A stretch of DNA of 63,669 nucleotides, counting the filler, from Welwitschia mirabilis (taxonomy: Eukaryota), in assembly GCA_051453625.1 (NCBI GenBank). It is 5 parts of one record of this genome, joined end to end, with 100 filler letters (N's around TTAATTAATTAA, not from the genome) between each part and the next. Parts side by side here need not be neighbours in the genome. Positions count along the whole stretch, not along the records: positions 1 to 17,767 come from JBOZIK010000001.1; 4 more parts are not named here. One strand, 5' to 3'. The notes below the pieces were generated by a model, which searched no databases, was not told the DNA's origin, and worked only from the letters and a program-made list of their open reading frames with translations. The first letter of the stretch is position 1. The number at the start of each line of letters is the position of its first letter. Position numbers and translations under genes: made by a program. Shown here in pieces: positions 1-13,030 of the stretch.

Positions 1-52
1 TGTGTGTGTGTGTGTGTGTGTGTGTGTCTGTGTGTCTAGGTGTGTGTGTGTG
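1..52. repeat. (TG)n microsatellite
   Basis: Interrupted TG dinucleotide run, read directly. Confidence 0.95.
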
Positions 53-59
53 TATTTTT

Positions 60-3050
60 ATCATTAGCCTAATAGAGAAGTGGTCTCATCCCCATGAATT
101 CTTGAAAGAAAGACACATTATGAGAGGAAAAAAAACCCCCCTTTTCTTTTCTTGATTCTAAATTAGGGACATCAAATGAATGTAAGCCTTAATTAAAAGA
201 CTCAAAGATAAAGCATGTCTTCCTCTTAAAAAGCAAGGATCCACCTAATCTCAACTAAAAATAATGGAGCGACAAAGATCTCTTATTCTTATTTATGTGA
301 AAAGGCCACTACCCAGGATCAGTAATTCTCATAAACTTAGTAAGCCTTATGAAATAATACCATAATGGAAGAGGTGAGTGATAAGGTTTAAGCTAATGAT
401 GCCTTATTCTATGATCTGAATGGAATTTGGAAGTACCTATGTGAAGGGGCTTAAGGTGATGATTATACAAGTGATAATGCTTAGGTAGTTTCATGAAAGA
501 GATGCCATTAGAAGATATGGGTTTCATTGTGAGTGGACCTACCCATAATAAGTCTAATCTAGAACATAAATGTAGTCTAAAATCATGCAATGAAACTAAA
601 AATTTCCTCATAATAGGGTTTTCTAGTGTAATGCATGAGTGAAGGCTTAAATGTATGAAAGATATGAAGTTCAAGGATATAAAGGCTATAATTCAGTGTT
701 GGGTCATGGAATGTAAGAGAGTCCATGTAAATTTTTATACATGCGCCTATGAAGTTAGAGAGGACACTAATGTAAATAGTTAAGTCTATGCATTCAAGAG
801 CTAAAAGTGTCCATCTTATAGTTAACTCATTCTTTCTCAACAAATCTTGTAAGACATCATTTTAAGACAAAGACAAAGATGAGTAGTTAGTTACTAGATG
901 AAATGAGTTTTCATTAAGAGAAGTATGCATAAGATCATCAAAAATTTGTTGTGACTCAAAAGAATGTTTATCTTCTACATTAAGGTTTGAATTTTGCTCA
1001 AAAGATAAAGGTGATATGGACACATTTTGCTTATGATAATGTTGAGAAGAAGGCAAGTGTTCTATGTGTGATGGATCACGTATGAGTTATTCTTTGATGT
1101 TCTCCTCTCATAAGGGTTGCTAAAATACTCATTCTTAAATATATGACTCTCCTCAAATGATTGCTCATCCTCTAGTAGATGCTCATTTTTAAGGTCCTAA
1201 TTGGTTTCTTCCTCACTCTTAAGGGATATAGCTTGGATATCTTGCATAAATGTATCCTCTAACGTATGAGGGTCAAAATAAGAAAGGGAATGTATATGAT
1301 TTGGTTGTTGCAATTTTTTCCTCTATCCCTCAGAATAGAGGAGAGGATAGGATAGGAATTTCCATGAATTTTTGTAGGACATCTTCCAAGGAATCTAAGG
1401 AAGAATAAAAGTTTTCATAGAAAGAAGGGCATTAATGAAATGATGACTAATATGAGGGTTACTTATCAGAAGGTAAAGAGAATTTATGAAATGATAAAAG
1501 ATGAGAGTCATGAGAAAAGGTAGAAGGTAAAGACTTAAAATTCTCTTGATAAGAGTAAGGATCTGTAGATTCAAAATGATGGAAGTAAAATAGAGGTTAA
1601 TTAGTATATGAAGAGGTGTCAAAGTTCCATGTGGATGCATAGGGAGATTTAATAATGCATGAAGGAGGGTTCCCAGTATTGACATTCGAGGTAATCCCTT
1701 ACAATTCACATAGGTTAAGGATTAGATGGAAAATGAGATTTATGATTTTAGACAAAAAGGCAAGTATTATGATTCATGTTACAAGGAGAGGTTCAGTGAA
1801 TTCTACTGTCAAAGACACATTACCAGTTCTCACAAAGTTTTGAAGGAGGAGATGTTAAAAAGATATTTTTGGAAGTCAAGAGAGGTTTAGAGCATAAGTT
1901 TCTTAGAATTTCAAAGTATTTTGTAGAAAAATGGTGGAAGCGCCAATGGAATAGGACGATGGCACTAATGTTTTTCAAAGAAAGGCCATAAGCAAAATAC
2001 CAAGTAACAAAGAAAGAAAAATGAGGGTTTTGGACTAACAGATGAGTATAGAATATAAACAAATAGGAGAAAAGGCAGGATGCAATGCAAAAGACCCTAA
2101 AATGCAGAAAAAACTAAAAATTCAATGCAATCCAAAAAAAAAAAAAATTCAAATGCTATAAAAGTAAAAATGTAATCCAAAAAAGTAGCAAAAAAATTAG
2201 GCTATTTTAGATATCTTCGTCTTCTTCAACCTGTAAGAGGAGGTGAAAGAGAGAAGAGGGAAGTAAATAAGAGGAAAAGAAAACACCCCTGCAAAAATAT
2301 GTTAGCCTTACATAAAAAAGATAAATAGGTCTGTGATAAGTGCTAGAGCTAAAGGGAAAACTTGTAGGAAATGTAAAAGGACCAGTTTAAGCACTATCAA
2401 AGATGATCCACTCACTCGAGGTATACTAGAATTGAAAAAGTTACTTGAAAGAAAAATTGCTAGAAACGAAAAAAATTACTGAATTGAAACTATATAACTC
2501 AAAACAAAACCTTGGAAAAAAAGAAAAAGAAAAACAAAAGAAAGAGAAAAAAAATATAAGAAAGAAAAATAAAATGATAAGGCATTACAATGGAACCAGT
2601 ATTAAATATAAGAAAAATGGAAAAAGAAAAATAAAACAAAGAAGCACTAGAATGGGACTAGTATAAAAGAAAATAAAAAGAAAAAGAAAAAAATAAAAAA
2701 AAGAAAAGGAAAAGGAATATAATAGAAATAGAAATGAATGTGCATACTACGCTATAGCTACTATGTCATTATTCTCCATAATAGTGCTAAAAAGCTACTT
2801 GTGGTAAAATTTGGCTATGCTTGTATTTGTTGTTAATGTATGACAATATACAAGATCATTCTAGAAATACAAATCTTGTGTGGCTATGCCCAGCTTTTAC
2901 CAAATAAACTAGGACTTCCATTTGTAGTATAGTCCAATGTTGTTCTTCCCAAGGGATAAATGTACTATCATAAATTAAGGAAACTTAACACAAACCACTT
3001 TTGTAACTATCATAGAATGATTCCTTGCAACAATACATAGAGACATAGAG
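60..3050 (-). mobile_element. Degenerate Athila/Tat-like Ty3/gypsy fragment (LTR 3' end, PBS, decayed internal region)
   Basis: Minus strand 2773-2789 reads TAGCACTATTATGGAGA, a mostly transition-decayed TGGCGCCGTTGCCGGGGA PBS. LTR-end-like sequence lies to its right; a pyrimidine-rich leader and stop-riddled coding-like DNA lie to its left. Boundaries approximate. Confidence 0.55.
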
Positions 3051-3056
3051 ATAGAA

Positions 3057-3058
<2 letters not shown>

Positions 3059-3095
<37 letters not shown>
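3059..3095. repeat. (AG)n microsatellite
   Basis: Perfect AG run. Confidence 0.95.
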
Positions 3096-3097
<2 letters not shown>

Positions 3098-5799
3098 TGT
3101 TGGTGATTAGTATTATGAGCTATAGAACAATCATAGCCCTAAAAACCAACATGAAAATCCCTTATGATGATTAAAATCTTCAATAATAATAACAGTCTTG
3201 CTCAAATCTTAATCTGTAAATATAATCAATGAAGCTTAAGCTCTTATGAAGATTATAGGTCTTCTTAACTCTCATAGCTTACTTCATAAGCATAATAATT
3301 AGGATTTTTTCTTTTAAAGAACATCAAATGATAGCAACCTAAGAATTAAGTTTACTCTAGAACTTCACTTAAAATAGTAAATGCATAAAGAACTTCCATC
3401 CTATTCAAGCATAACAAGTGTGGAAAACTGTACACACTCATATCAAGAAATCAGATTGAGAAAGAAAACTAATAATACTACTTTCATTATAAAGAACGTC
3501 AACCTTATTCAAACATAAGAAGTGCGAAAAATTATACTTACCTGATATCAAAAAATTAGATTGAGAATGAAAACCAGATTTTATTGCATGACATGCGAAA
3601 GCTACATCATGCTAGCCTTGTAGGGCTAGGTTATTCCCAAAGGGGTAGCTTATAAGCTAGACATGATTTAATCTTTTACAATTTCTTGTAAAAATCCGCT
3701 TTGAACCAACAACCAACCACCTAGAAATGAGGTAATATGGCCTTTGTATACATTAAAAATTATGGTTAAGGTTAGGGTTTTAGACTTGGAAATTTGTGCT
3801 AATTTTTAATACATCATTTAGAATCACCAGTAAGCTTAATCGACTTAGCATCTAAAGATAACCTAGGAATGTAAAGATCATGTCAAAACTCTTAAAATGA
3901 TTGGTGCCACCATGAATAGTAGCCGATGTTGCATGTTTTTTGTGGCATTTTCTTCTCAATTTTTGGCATCTGCTTCCTTTTCCTGTGATAAACTTGAAAA
4001 ATCATAGTGTGTAGGCTAAATATTAGTAAATTGCAATTTTAATAGCACAAATCAAAATAAATTGATAAAATAGTGAGAATAACAATTTGATTATGCTAAA
4101 ATGGCCTTAATTGCTTAAGANNNNNNNNNNNNNNNNNNNNNNNNNNNNNNNNNNNNNNNNNNNNNNNNNNNNNNNNNNNNNNNNNNNNNNNNNNNNNNNN
4201 NNNNNNNNNNNNNNNNNNNNATTGATAAAACAGTGAGAATAACAATTTGATTATGCTAAAATGGCCTTAATTGCTTAAGATAAGTGTTACTTTTTGCATG
4301 TTAACAGTGATCCTTCACTAAAAATTTAGGTAGAATAAGATACACATAGGTGTTGCACAATCTATAAATAGTTAGAACGAACAAACTTAAGCCAAATAAC
4401 TTATGAAAATGTTAAGATCCCTTTTCCACTACTATAACAAGGCAAAAAATTCCTCCAACATTTTCACTCAAAGAAAGAATCAAACCCACAATCTATTTAA
4501 NNNNNNNNNNNNNNNNNNNNNNNNNNNNNNNNNNNNNNNNNNNNNNNNNNNNNNNNNNNNNNNNNNNNNNNNNNNNNNNNNNNNNNNNNNNNNNNNNNNN
4601 ACCCACAATCTATTTAAATCAAAACTTGTATAATTTCACTAGGAGAGGTCAATTCATTTTGCCTTGTGGATGAGTAATAAGCATGAACCTTTCAATATCC
4701 AAGATGTCATAGGAAGTCGTTTATTTTATTGTCAACTATCAACCTCGCAATCTTGGCTAACTGTTGAATTCATAGTTATTGATCATATTTAACTCAATCG
4801 AAGTTAATGATGGCTTTAGCACTTGGGCAAAAAAAAGAAGCCAATGCTCATAATGATGCATAATTATCTCTTTTATAAATATTCAATATTATCATAAGGC
4901 CCATATGTAGGTTTAAGGGTTATCATATAACATCATTACTAGTAATGGTAATCATAATTTTTCTATTAATGGTAAACATATTCAAGGACACATTAAAATA
5001 ATTATTCTCATAAAGTATAGTTCTTTAGATGTAAAAATTGCACATATGCACATGTAGAATAATCTCAAACATTCATTAATAGGAATGAAATCTTAAAAGA
5101 AAAGGGACACATACTTGGGCATCGGCTTAAATATGACTCACAAGCAAGCCCTGGACATTTGGTGGCTAATTCCTAGGTCAACAAGGGCCATCCATGAGTT
5201 TTCATCCAGTTAAGGAAACCAATGACCATGGTGAGTGTGGTATGGCTTCACATAAAAACCTCTTTAAAGAAAAATGTACATGTTAAAGAAAATAGCATTC
5301 GATATTAACAAAGTTAAAAATATTGTTAATTGTTTTGATATTCTCCCTTTAACTATTATTCTTAAGTCACAACACATTAATTGATGCAATGTGATATGCA
5401 TAACTATGTCTCCATCATTGTATGTAAGGCCATCCGTAGCATCAAAGAGCAGATTGTAATAGTTATGAAATGTAGAATGATTTACTCATTTGTTGTCTAA
5501 TAATGTGGACATGTCAACTTATTACATTAATGTGTTATGTTAATGCTCCCTTGTTGGTCCCCTTTGTAAATAGGAGTCAGCTTCATTATAAAGGCGCCTT
5601 CGACATCTTTCAAGCATCGTATCAAATCTTATGTACAATGGAGTAGTGTTGAACATCCCTCTTGATCATAAAGAGAACCAATGAACTGTTAAATTTCCTT
5701 TGTATTTTGAAATTTTGTTCAATAATTAATATAAAGTAAATTGCTTTGTCTTATTTAATTTTATATATTAAACTTTTATAATTTTCATGTAGTTTATTA

Positions 5800-7650
5800 T
5801 CCCATTATTTTTAGGACGTCGTCATGAATCATTGCATGCCAAGTGTAATTTTGATTAAAATCTAGTAGTTACTTCAGAAGAATTTAGTAGTAGTTAAAGT
5901 AAACTTTAATTAAAGGTAAAATTTTAGCTTGGTTATCCAAGTACATTTAATTTTGATGCAAAGTCCATTTCGATTACTCACCTCAAATCCTTGGCTTCAT
6001 AAAGCTTGAAGCCTTAGCTTTATAGTACCTTGGCTTTATGAAACCCTAAGGTTTATGGTGCCCTTGGGTTTGTAACACCCTTGGTTGTACGAAGCACTTT
6101 ATTTTATTATGCTCGGTAGCTCTATGATGCCTTGTCTGTATGACATTCAATGGTTGTATGACATTCAATTTCACATATGATGCTCTACTTTCATATGTTA
6201 TGTACAAATTTTACATCTCATGACAAACTTTTGTGCATGATCTTTGACTTTTGTATATGATGCCCATCTTCCACATATAATACCCATTTCTTGCATATGA
6301 TGTCCATCTATTAAGTAGGACAACCAACTCTAGCATATGATGTCTACTTTCATGCAGGATGCCTATGGAAGTATGCAACTATGGAACCACATTTTGTTAG
6401 GCAAGATTATGATGTTTTGCACTTCTCTTAATCTCATCTTCATCCTCTTTCCTTCTATTCCTCTAACAATCTCGAGATCGATCTATAAGGAATAGTAACC
6501 TCGAAAATGAAGATGTACACGATAAAACTACTGTAAAAGTTGTTAAACTAGCATATGAATACAACTAAGATACTAGTTATGGAGAAACAAATCCTAAGCT
6601 TTGAAAACCTTTCTGCAAATCTTCAAATGTTTTTTCCTTATCCTCAAGCTTCTATTGGGCTACTTATTGAAACTTTGAGGCTCCTATGAGGATCTCTCAT
6701 GAGTACAACGCAGACTAAGGTAAAGTTAGACTTATATGCGATAATATGGCATAGGAATTAGGAATCCTTAGGGTTGAACTTATATTGTCATAGCTATTGT
6801 ACATAGATTGATTATATAGATATTGTGCTTCATATCATAATCTTACAGTATAATATGATATTCTCATACCAGATAAAGCATAATATCTTATATTATGACA
6901 TGATTGCTCATACAAGATATACCTTGACAAGGCTATCATAGGATGCAAATGTTTTGAGCCATAGGTATCTTCCCATTACACAAGTGCATGTTTAAATATT
7001 CTCAAGTAATATCTAGTATACTCTAGTCATAGGTTAAGGTCATTATGATAGGGTTCATTGCATAGGATTGTATATGGCACATTAATTTGTAGGAAATTCA
7101 TTGATAATGACTAACTTCCTATCACTTAGTAACTCTCACCTTTGAGCTTGACTACCTTAGATGGTTAATGTTATACTAAAGCCTTATGAGATACTTAAAT
7201 AGGTTCAGACTATGCATACCTGAATATGGTTATTACATCATAGGATATGTCATAGATTTATTAGTTAGGTCGTATGGTTAACTGATAGGTTTATGACACT
7301 AGTTATGTATCATAATACCGAAATTGTCCCATAGCATATTTAGTAAGAATATATTGTGATACGGGATTTTACTTATACTACTTCATTATACCTCTTTATT
7401 ATATGCTATACTACTAGGCACATTTCCTTTTCTACATCAAGATATCTTTTAATATAAAATTTTATTACTTGTTATTATGATGATTATGTGTGATTTATAA
7501 TTTGTATTAATTAATTATTATTATATTATCTATATCATTATTATTACTATAAATATGAAAAGATGCATTATCTTCTAACACTAAGAAATTAATACCAACT
7601 AAATGTAAACCTAGCCCTCTAAACATCGTGTTAGGAAGACTGATGTGTCA
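5800..7650 (+). mobile_element. Possible old gypsy (Tekay/Del-like) solo LTR
   Basis: Ends in ...GATGTGTCA (7650), has an internal CTAAG/GTAAAG donor-like motif (~6716) and contains the tandem arrays. 5' end and TSD not identified. Confidence 0.3.
5985..6365 (+). repeat. Two adjacent degenerate minisatellite arrays (CCTTGGCTTTATG-like units, then ~20-bp CATATGATGCCCAYYTT-like units)
   Basis: ccttggctt/ccttagctt/ccttgggtt recurs at 5990-6090; catatga/tatatga recurs at ~20-nt spacing at 6174-6360. Confidence 0.65.
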
Positions 7651-7926
7651 AGCTGAGCTACAAAGATGTTGTCAAAAAGAAACATCAAAAAATAATAGGG
7701 AATGGCAACAACTTCGACAATGATGTTTATTCTAGTAGTATAACTTCACAAAGGTAATGATGACAACAAATCAACAATGTTACATTACAACACCACATGC
7801 CTTATTAGGGTATTACCTATATTAATACGCCCACGGTTACTAAGTTCACCTTTACAAGTGGTTTGGGTTTAACACTTACATATTATAATCCTAGCGTTAT
7901 GAACTAAAGTTATAGAATATAGGACT

Positions 7927-8151
7927 TCACGTTGACTGTCTAGTATTACCATGAATAACACCACTTCCCATCAATTCTATTTCACAAGTTTGTGTACAAA
8001 GAATGCCATTGGGTACATTTTGTTCATATTTTGGTAAATGATGCTCCAACATGCATTGCTCTCTATAAAATTGAAAATCTTTGTCTTCTTGGAACTTCCA
8101 AGTAAGTCTCCAATTGTTATTTATGAACGATGACTCAAATTGTTTAGACAT
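7927..8151 (-). pseudogene. Degenerate LINE zf-RVT fragment
   Basis: Translation WRLTWK..DK..F....L.HHLP.......LCTQTCE resembles the W-x-x-W-K...K..F.W...LPT...C-x2-C zf-RVT pattern. Confidence 0.4.
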
Positions 8152-8924
8152 GTTTTATTGNNNNNNNNNNCAGCTTTAGGGTCGATATACACTAGCATGT
8201 CACCTTTTCATTACTCTTGCTCAACGATGAGCAAGCCACGAGTAAGGTGGAACGAGAAGGGGTTGGTGTAGAAGGCTAAGAGCCCTCCAACTGGAAGCCC
8301 CCTAAGGCTTAGTGCATCATCCCATTATCCCCCGCCTTGCCCTTTTTTGGTCAATAGGGTCACTATTCTATTAATGTTATGGTTACTTTCCCTTGTGTTC
8401 TTGGAGTTTTTGATAATAAAGAGGTCTCCACTATTTCATGCAAGCATAGTAAAAAAACTCTAAATTATATAAATTCCATCTATTTTTGTGGTTAGTCGCA
8501 TTTTTTATAAGCTGCATTTTACCTTTTACTACTAAATAATTTTTTTAACAAATTACTTACAAGAATATTTACCATGCTATTCTTGAAACCTCTCATGTCT
8601 CTTGGGGAAAGATGATTTCTTTATGTTGAAGACTCTAATGTCAAAAATATGTATAAATTCATCACCCAAACCTCGTATCATCTAACCCATTTTGTAACTC
8701 TTGTTTGCTCTCTACCCTTATCCAAAGTTAACATAATCTGAAACTCAGACCTTTAATACATCACATGAGCAAGAGAAAATCTCTATGTAAGGAAGTGACA
8801 GAGACCATTTCTTAAAAATTTAACAAAGCAAATACTTTTGTATATCTAAATTGCCACCTTTGAAACAACCTTTAATATAATATGCATTTAACCCTTCCGT
8901 TTGCTTCGTACTTTTTCACCAATA

Positions 8925-9090
8925 GGATGGTAGTCCAATCAGTGGACACTCATCCTCCACATTGGAAGTCTTATGTTTAACTCAAATCATTCGTTTAGGC
9001 AATTTTGATCGCTATACGCTCAAGAAGACACTGTAAGTTTTTTGGTTGACATCCTCCGGTGAGAGGAGCTATGTTAGTGAGGTAAACACC
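8925..9090 (+). mobile_element. tRNA-derived SINE-like element
   Basis: A-box-like TGGTAGTCCAATCAGTGG and decayed B-box (ATGTTTAACTC) at tRNA spacing. Homologous to the copy at ~38301. Confidence 0.5.
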
Positions 9091-9099
9091 TTTTATACA

Positions 9100-12000
9100 G
9101 ATCTGTAAAACTTTTTAAATTTGATGAGTTTCTTCCTGAATTTCAATCAATTATTTGATGTATGATATATGGGTCTCCTTACAAATAGTGAAGAATTTAA
9201 AATTTTTTCTGGCAAATTTCATGAAAAAAATATCTTCAGTCGCAAAGAACAAGAAGAGAGAGAATAACATTTCCTTTTATAATCCTGCAAATAACATCTG
9301 AAAAAGTAAGACATGTTTTCAAAATAAACATACCCGGCATGGCCTTCCCCTGTGACAATGACTCCCTCTAGGTTGAGTTGAATCAGATTCAACAAAGAAT
9401 TGAAAAAAGTCTATTATTTTAGATCACTCCTTAACAAGGTGAGACATTCTGCAAACAGTTAAAATATGTCCATTTAATTCACCCAAGTATCTATCTTCAA
9501 TTAACGGATGCCTTTTTTTCCACTTTCTATCTTGTAAAACAATCACGAAACATTGCAAACAAGAACATAAGCTTTATGTTAGCAGATATGCCAGGAGATT
9601 ATGTACTGTTTCATAACGTATGAAAAAGTGCATCAAAATTTGTGTTGCACTCATCAATGATTTAATACTTTGTTCTTCATAGCATCTATAAGACCTCCTC
9701 AAATTTTCTTGATTCTAACCACGTTGCCCCTATCCAGAGACATGTCAACTCTTTCTATTCCATGCCATCCCCTAGATGGTGCACAGCTAAGAATAGTAAT
9801 ATGCGATATCTTGAGTGACATGTCAACTCTTTCTATTCCATGCCATCCCCTAGATAGTGCACAGCTAAGAATAGTAATATGTGATATCTTGAGTTAAAAT
9901 GCCATTTTATAGTTGATCACATTCTTGAACATTTCTTTTAGAAATTAATTCATGGGAAATTATCTTCTTGTCACCAGAGTCACTGGTCTACTTTACTGGA
10001 TGAATGCCACCTGCCTGCCAGCTGCCAAGCATCCAGGTCTTACCTTTGTGATTTATACTTAAGACATTGAAGCCCTCAGCGAGGTGCCTCTTCAGTACCT
10101 GGGTCATTACTGAGCATATTACATTCACTAATGATTCTAAAATATAAATTAAGATATGTTTATGCAGAGACTTCCATCCTTTCAGATCATAATAAAACCA
10201 TAATATACAATTCATTATCACTTTAAGTTCTGTTCATAGTAATCATTTCTAGATATTTGTATCTAGCACACATCCAAATAAAAGATATGATTCCTTTGTT
10301 CCCATGTCAGAAATAAATTAACTGAAATAGGCATTCCTGACATGGCATTAACACAAAGATTGACAAAAGAAACCGATTTATTAAGCAAGTGTGAAAATGT
10401 GCACAGGCACACAAATTTCCAAATTATGCCACAGTAAGGAACCACAATATTAATTACTTTTTATAAAGGTGACATCGTAGAATGAAGCAGATACTGCTTC
10501 CTTGTAACCCTCAAGAGAATTGTTATAGGTATTAGATTAATGATATGCTAAGTGCAAAGTGCAATCATGGGTAGCTTTTTGTACTTTGTAGAATTCAAAA
10601 CTAAAATAGAACAGAATAAGAACCGAAGTTAATTGAAAGTCTTCAAAGCCTCCACCATGACAAATGTTTAGAGGTCCCTTTGTTTGTAGGTATGCCTAAT
10701 ATGGAGGTTCCTGCATTTTTGCATTTGTAAGCATTCTAGTTCAGTGGGAATCTTCTGCACACGACTGGAAGATATAGGTAGATGCATTTATTAAAAGCAT
10801 CATGAGAACTTCAATTTGGTGAATAGCATGGCACAAATAATTGGGAAATAAAGCAATAAGATAGAGTGATAGCATGACTTGAATCATAGTAATTAGTTGC
10901 CACAACGGTAGCTTTCTTATTGCAGTCTCTTTATAGTCACACTTCTGTCAAGGATAAGTTGACCATTTGGGACATTTGGTAGTATTCACGGGCCTTTAGA
11001 AAACGAGATTGCTGAAATAATTTAGGGGCAAACTCTTTGAGAAACCCAATTTATTTACAATAGATCGAAAACATATGTTTGGTTAAATTTGAATGCACAT
11101 GACCAATGTCCAAAAAAGATTGGCGAACACATAAAAATAGAAAGAAGAACACTTTTAAAATTTTTCCTTGGGTTTATCAACCTCAATACCATCTGCAGGT
11201 CCCTTGGTATCTTCAAGAAACCTTGATCAGTTACTAGAAATTAGGCTCATTGGGTCCTCTAGCTATCCACAAACTCATCCTTTCTTTTGTCTCCCAGTAC
11301 CCTTTATGGACTAGACAAAAGTTGACTATCAAATTACTCAAACAGAAAAGCAAAGACGCCTCATTTCTCTGAGACTAGGATCTTCGTTGTTTATAAAATC
11401 CACAAGAAAAAGAGAAGTTATTGATCATCTCCTGCAGAATTCAATTTATACAATCAAGATATTTCTTCAAGTTTCTTCTTTTGACTCAGATCACCCAAGA
11501 AGGGTGAATTCCTCATGAAAAAGAAATCATAAGCTTCTTTGTGCATCAATTAGTTCCCTTTTTGGCCAGTAACTGACGAGTCCAGATGTATGAGGCCAAA
11601 AGGAGACTCTAAAAGGGGGAGATAGCCTACCAAAGGAAACAGTTCAGAGACAAATTCAAGGGCAATAAGTACTCTGAATTATAAACTGACTGAAAGTAGA
11701 AACCTAGCTTATAAAATCTCAATTTAAAGGCTAGAAAATATACAATACGCATATTGGAAAAACACATAAAAAATAGCAGAAGAAAGAAAGGTAAGCACAC
11801 TATGCCCTAATCCCTGGAAATTATAAAGATCAAACTGAAAACCAAAACCCAATGAAAGACAAATGACAAATCCTGCTTCAGATCGACGACACTGAATAGA
11901 AGTTATCTTTCATGAATACAGCCATGAGATGAAGGGAATCTAATCCTAAATTCTCCTTTTTTACTGTGTCTTTCTACACTAACCAAAGCAACACCAGTGT

Positions 12001-12700
12001 GGATCTCTTTTGTATTTTCCAAATGACCCTATATAGCAAGAGTGATTCACATACAAGCTCTCAGATCATAGAACTCTTATGAAGGAAGCATCCACATTGG
12101 GAAGTTGTTGATTGTCTTACTAAATACCTAGAAAAAGAGGCCTTGGGAAGGAGCAAACAAGGCCCTCCCAGAAAAGAGGGCACACAAGGAGTCAAAGGCA
12201 CCCCTCAGAAATGCGTTGTGCCTCTGTAGCTCTATTCCATGTGGCTGAGAAGAAACTATGACCAATCTTAATTTAGAATCTCCTTAGAGTAGACCTGAAG
12301 GATATAATACAGTAAGCAGTAAAGAGCATAGTTCAGTAAACTGCAGAACAAGAGGCAACAAAGGCCAATACATGCTACTTTCGTAAAGTTTGGATTACAT
12401 AGTAAATCAATTCAAACTCCCCACCAGGCTTCACAATTTGCAATCCTAACCTTTTCACCTCAGCAATCTCGTCATTGGATGATACGGAAATAAGGCAATC
12501 TAGGTGCATTCATCCAAGAGCTTGGTACAGTTGCTAACGAATGATCCCAGAAGAAATTGCAAAACCCTTAGAACTCACAGGACGGAGGCTCGAAATTGGG
12601 TGTTATACTGAATTAAAAGCCCCTCTCTACTGAAGTGAAGACCCTCACATCTAAGTAGAACATTCAGTTGCAACTTGCATCTACTTGCCAAGTGGTTCTA
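9100..12700 (-). ncRNA. Putative spliced, probably non-coding transcription unit (candidate exons: ending 12579; 12128-12294; 10044-10136; starting 9284)
   Basis: Consistent minus-strand splice signals: CCT/GTGAGT (12578), CCTTCAG/G (12294), TAG/GTATTT (12127), ATTTTAG/ (10136), AAG/GTAAG (10043), TTTGCAG/G (9284). No long ORF; lies in the TE-poor island. No expression evidence. Confidence 0.35.
9739..9894 (+). repeat. 78-bp direct tandem duplication (2 copies, 2 substitutions)
   Basis: GACATGTCAACTC...ATCTTGAGT at 9739-9816 and 9817-9894, with no gap between copies. Confidence 0.95.
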
Positions 12701-12817
12701 GATGAGATCGAAAACAAGTGAACACACCGGACCCTCATAATGAGGCTGAAATTGTATAGTTCTCTGCTTTGAATAAGGGCTACTCCTAATGCTTGAACAC
12801 AAAATGGATAGAGTACC

Positions 12818-13030
12818 TGTTAGGTATTTGCTCCACATGACCAGCCCGACAAGTAGGTAAATATAAAGGGTCCCAGTTTCCATTGAAGCATGGTTTTTGG
12901 TGTGATAGTAAAAGGCCCAACAATTCGTATCAGAACCATGGTTGTTGGCTGGTCTCGAGTTCAAGTCTCCCAGGTGGCTTCCCGGTTCATGTGAGCACTT
13001 GGCATGTGAATCAAGGGGGAGATGGTAATA
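12818..13030 (+). mobile_element. Truncated TRIM (miniature LTR retrotransposon): 105-bp LTR, PBS, ~90-bp internal domain, PPT
   Basis: TGTTAGG...CCCAACA (12818-12922); PBS TCGTATCAGAACC (12925-12937, 11/13 to the tRNA-iMet PBS TGGTATCAGAGCC); PPT AAGGGGGAGA (13013-13022). The 3' LTR is lost after a few bases. Confidence 0.7.

Noticed and set aside
2445-2720. Lys-rich 73-aa ORF
   Set aside because: Translation of the A-rich complement of a retrotransposon pyrimidine-rich leader.
4061-4280. Direct repeats flanking 100-N gaps (also ~4484/4601, 18889/19009, 31867/32022, 44637/44990, 53564/53718, 60210/60410)
   Set aside because: Unmerged contig overlaps; not treated as real tandem repeats or CRISPR-like arrays.
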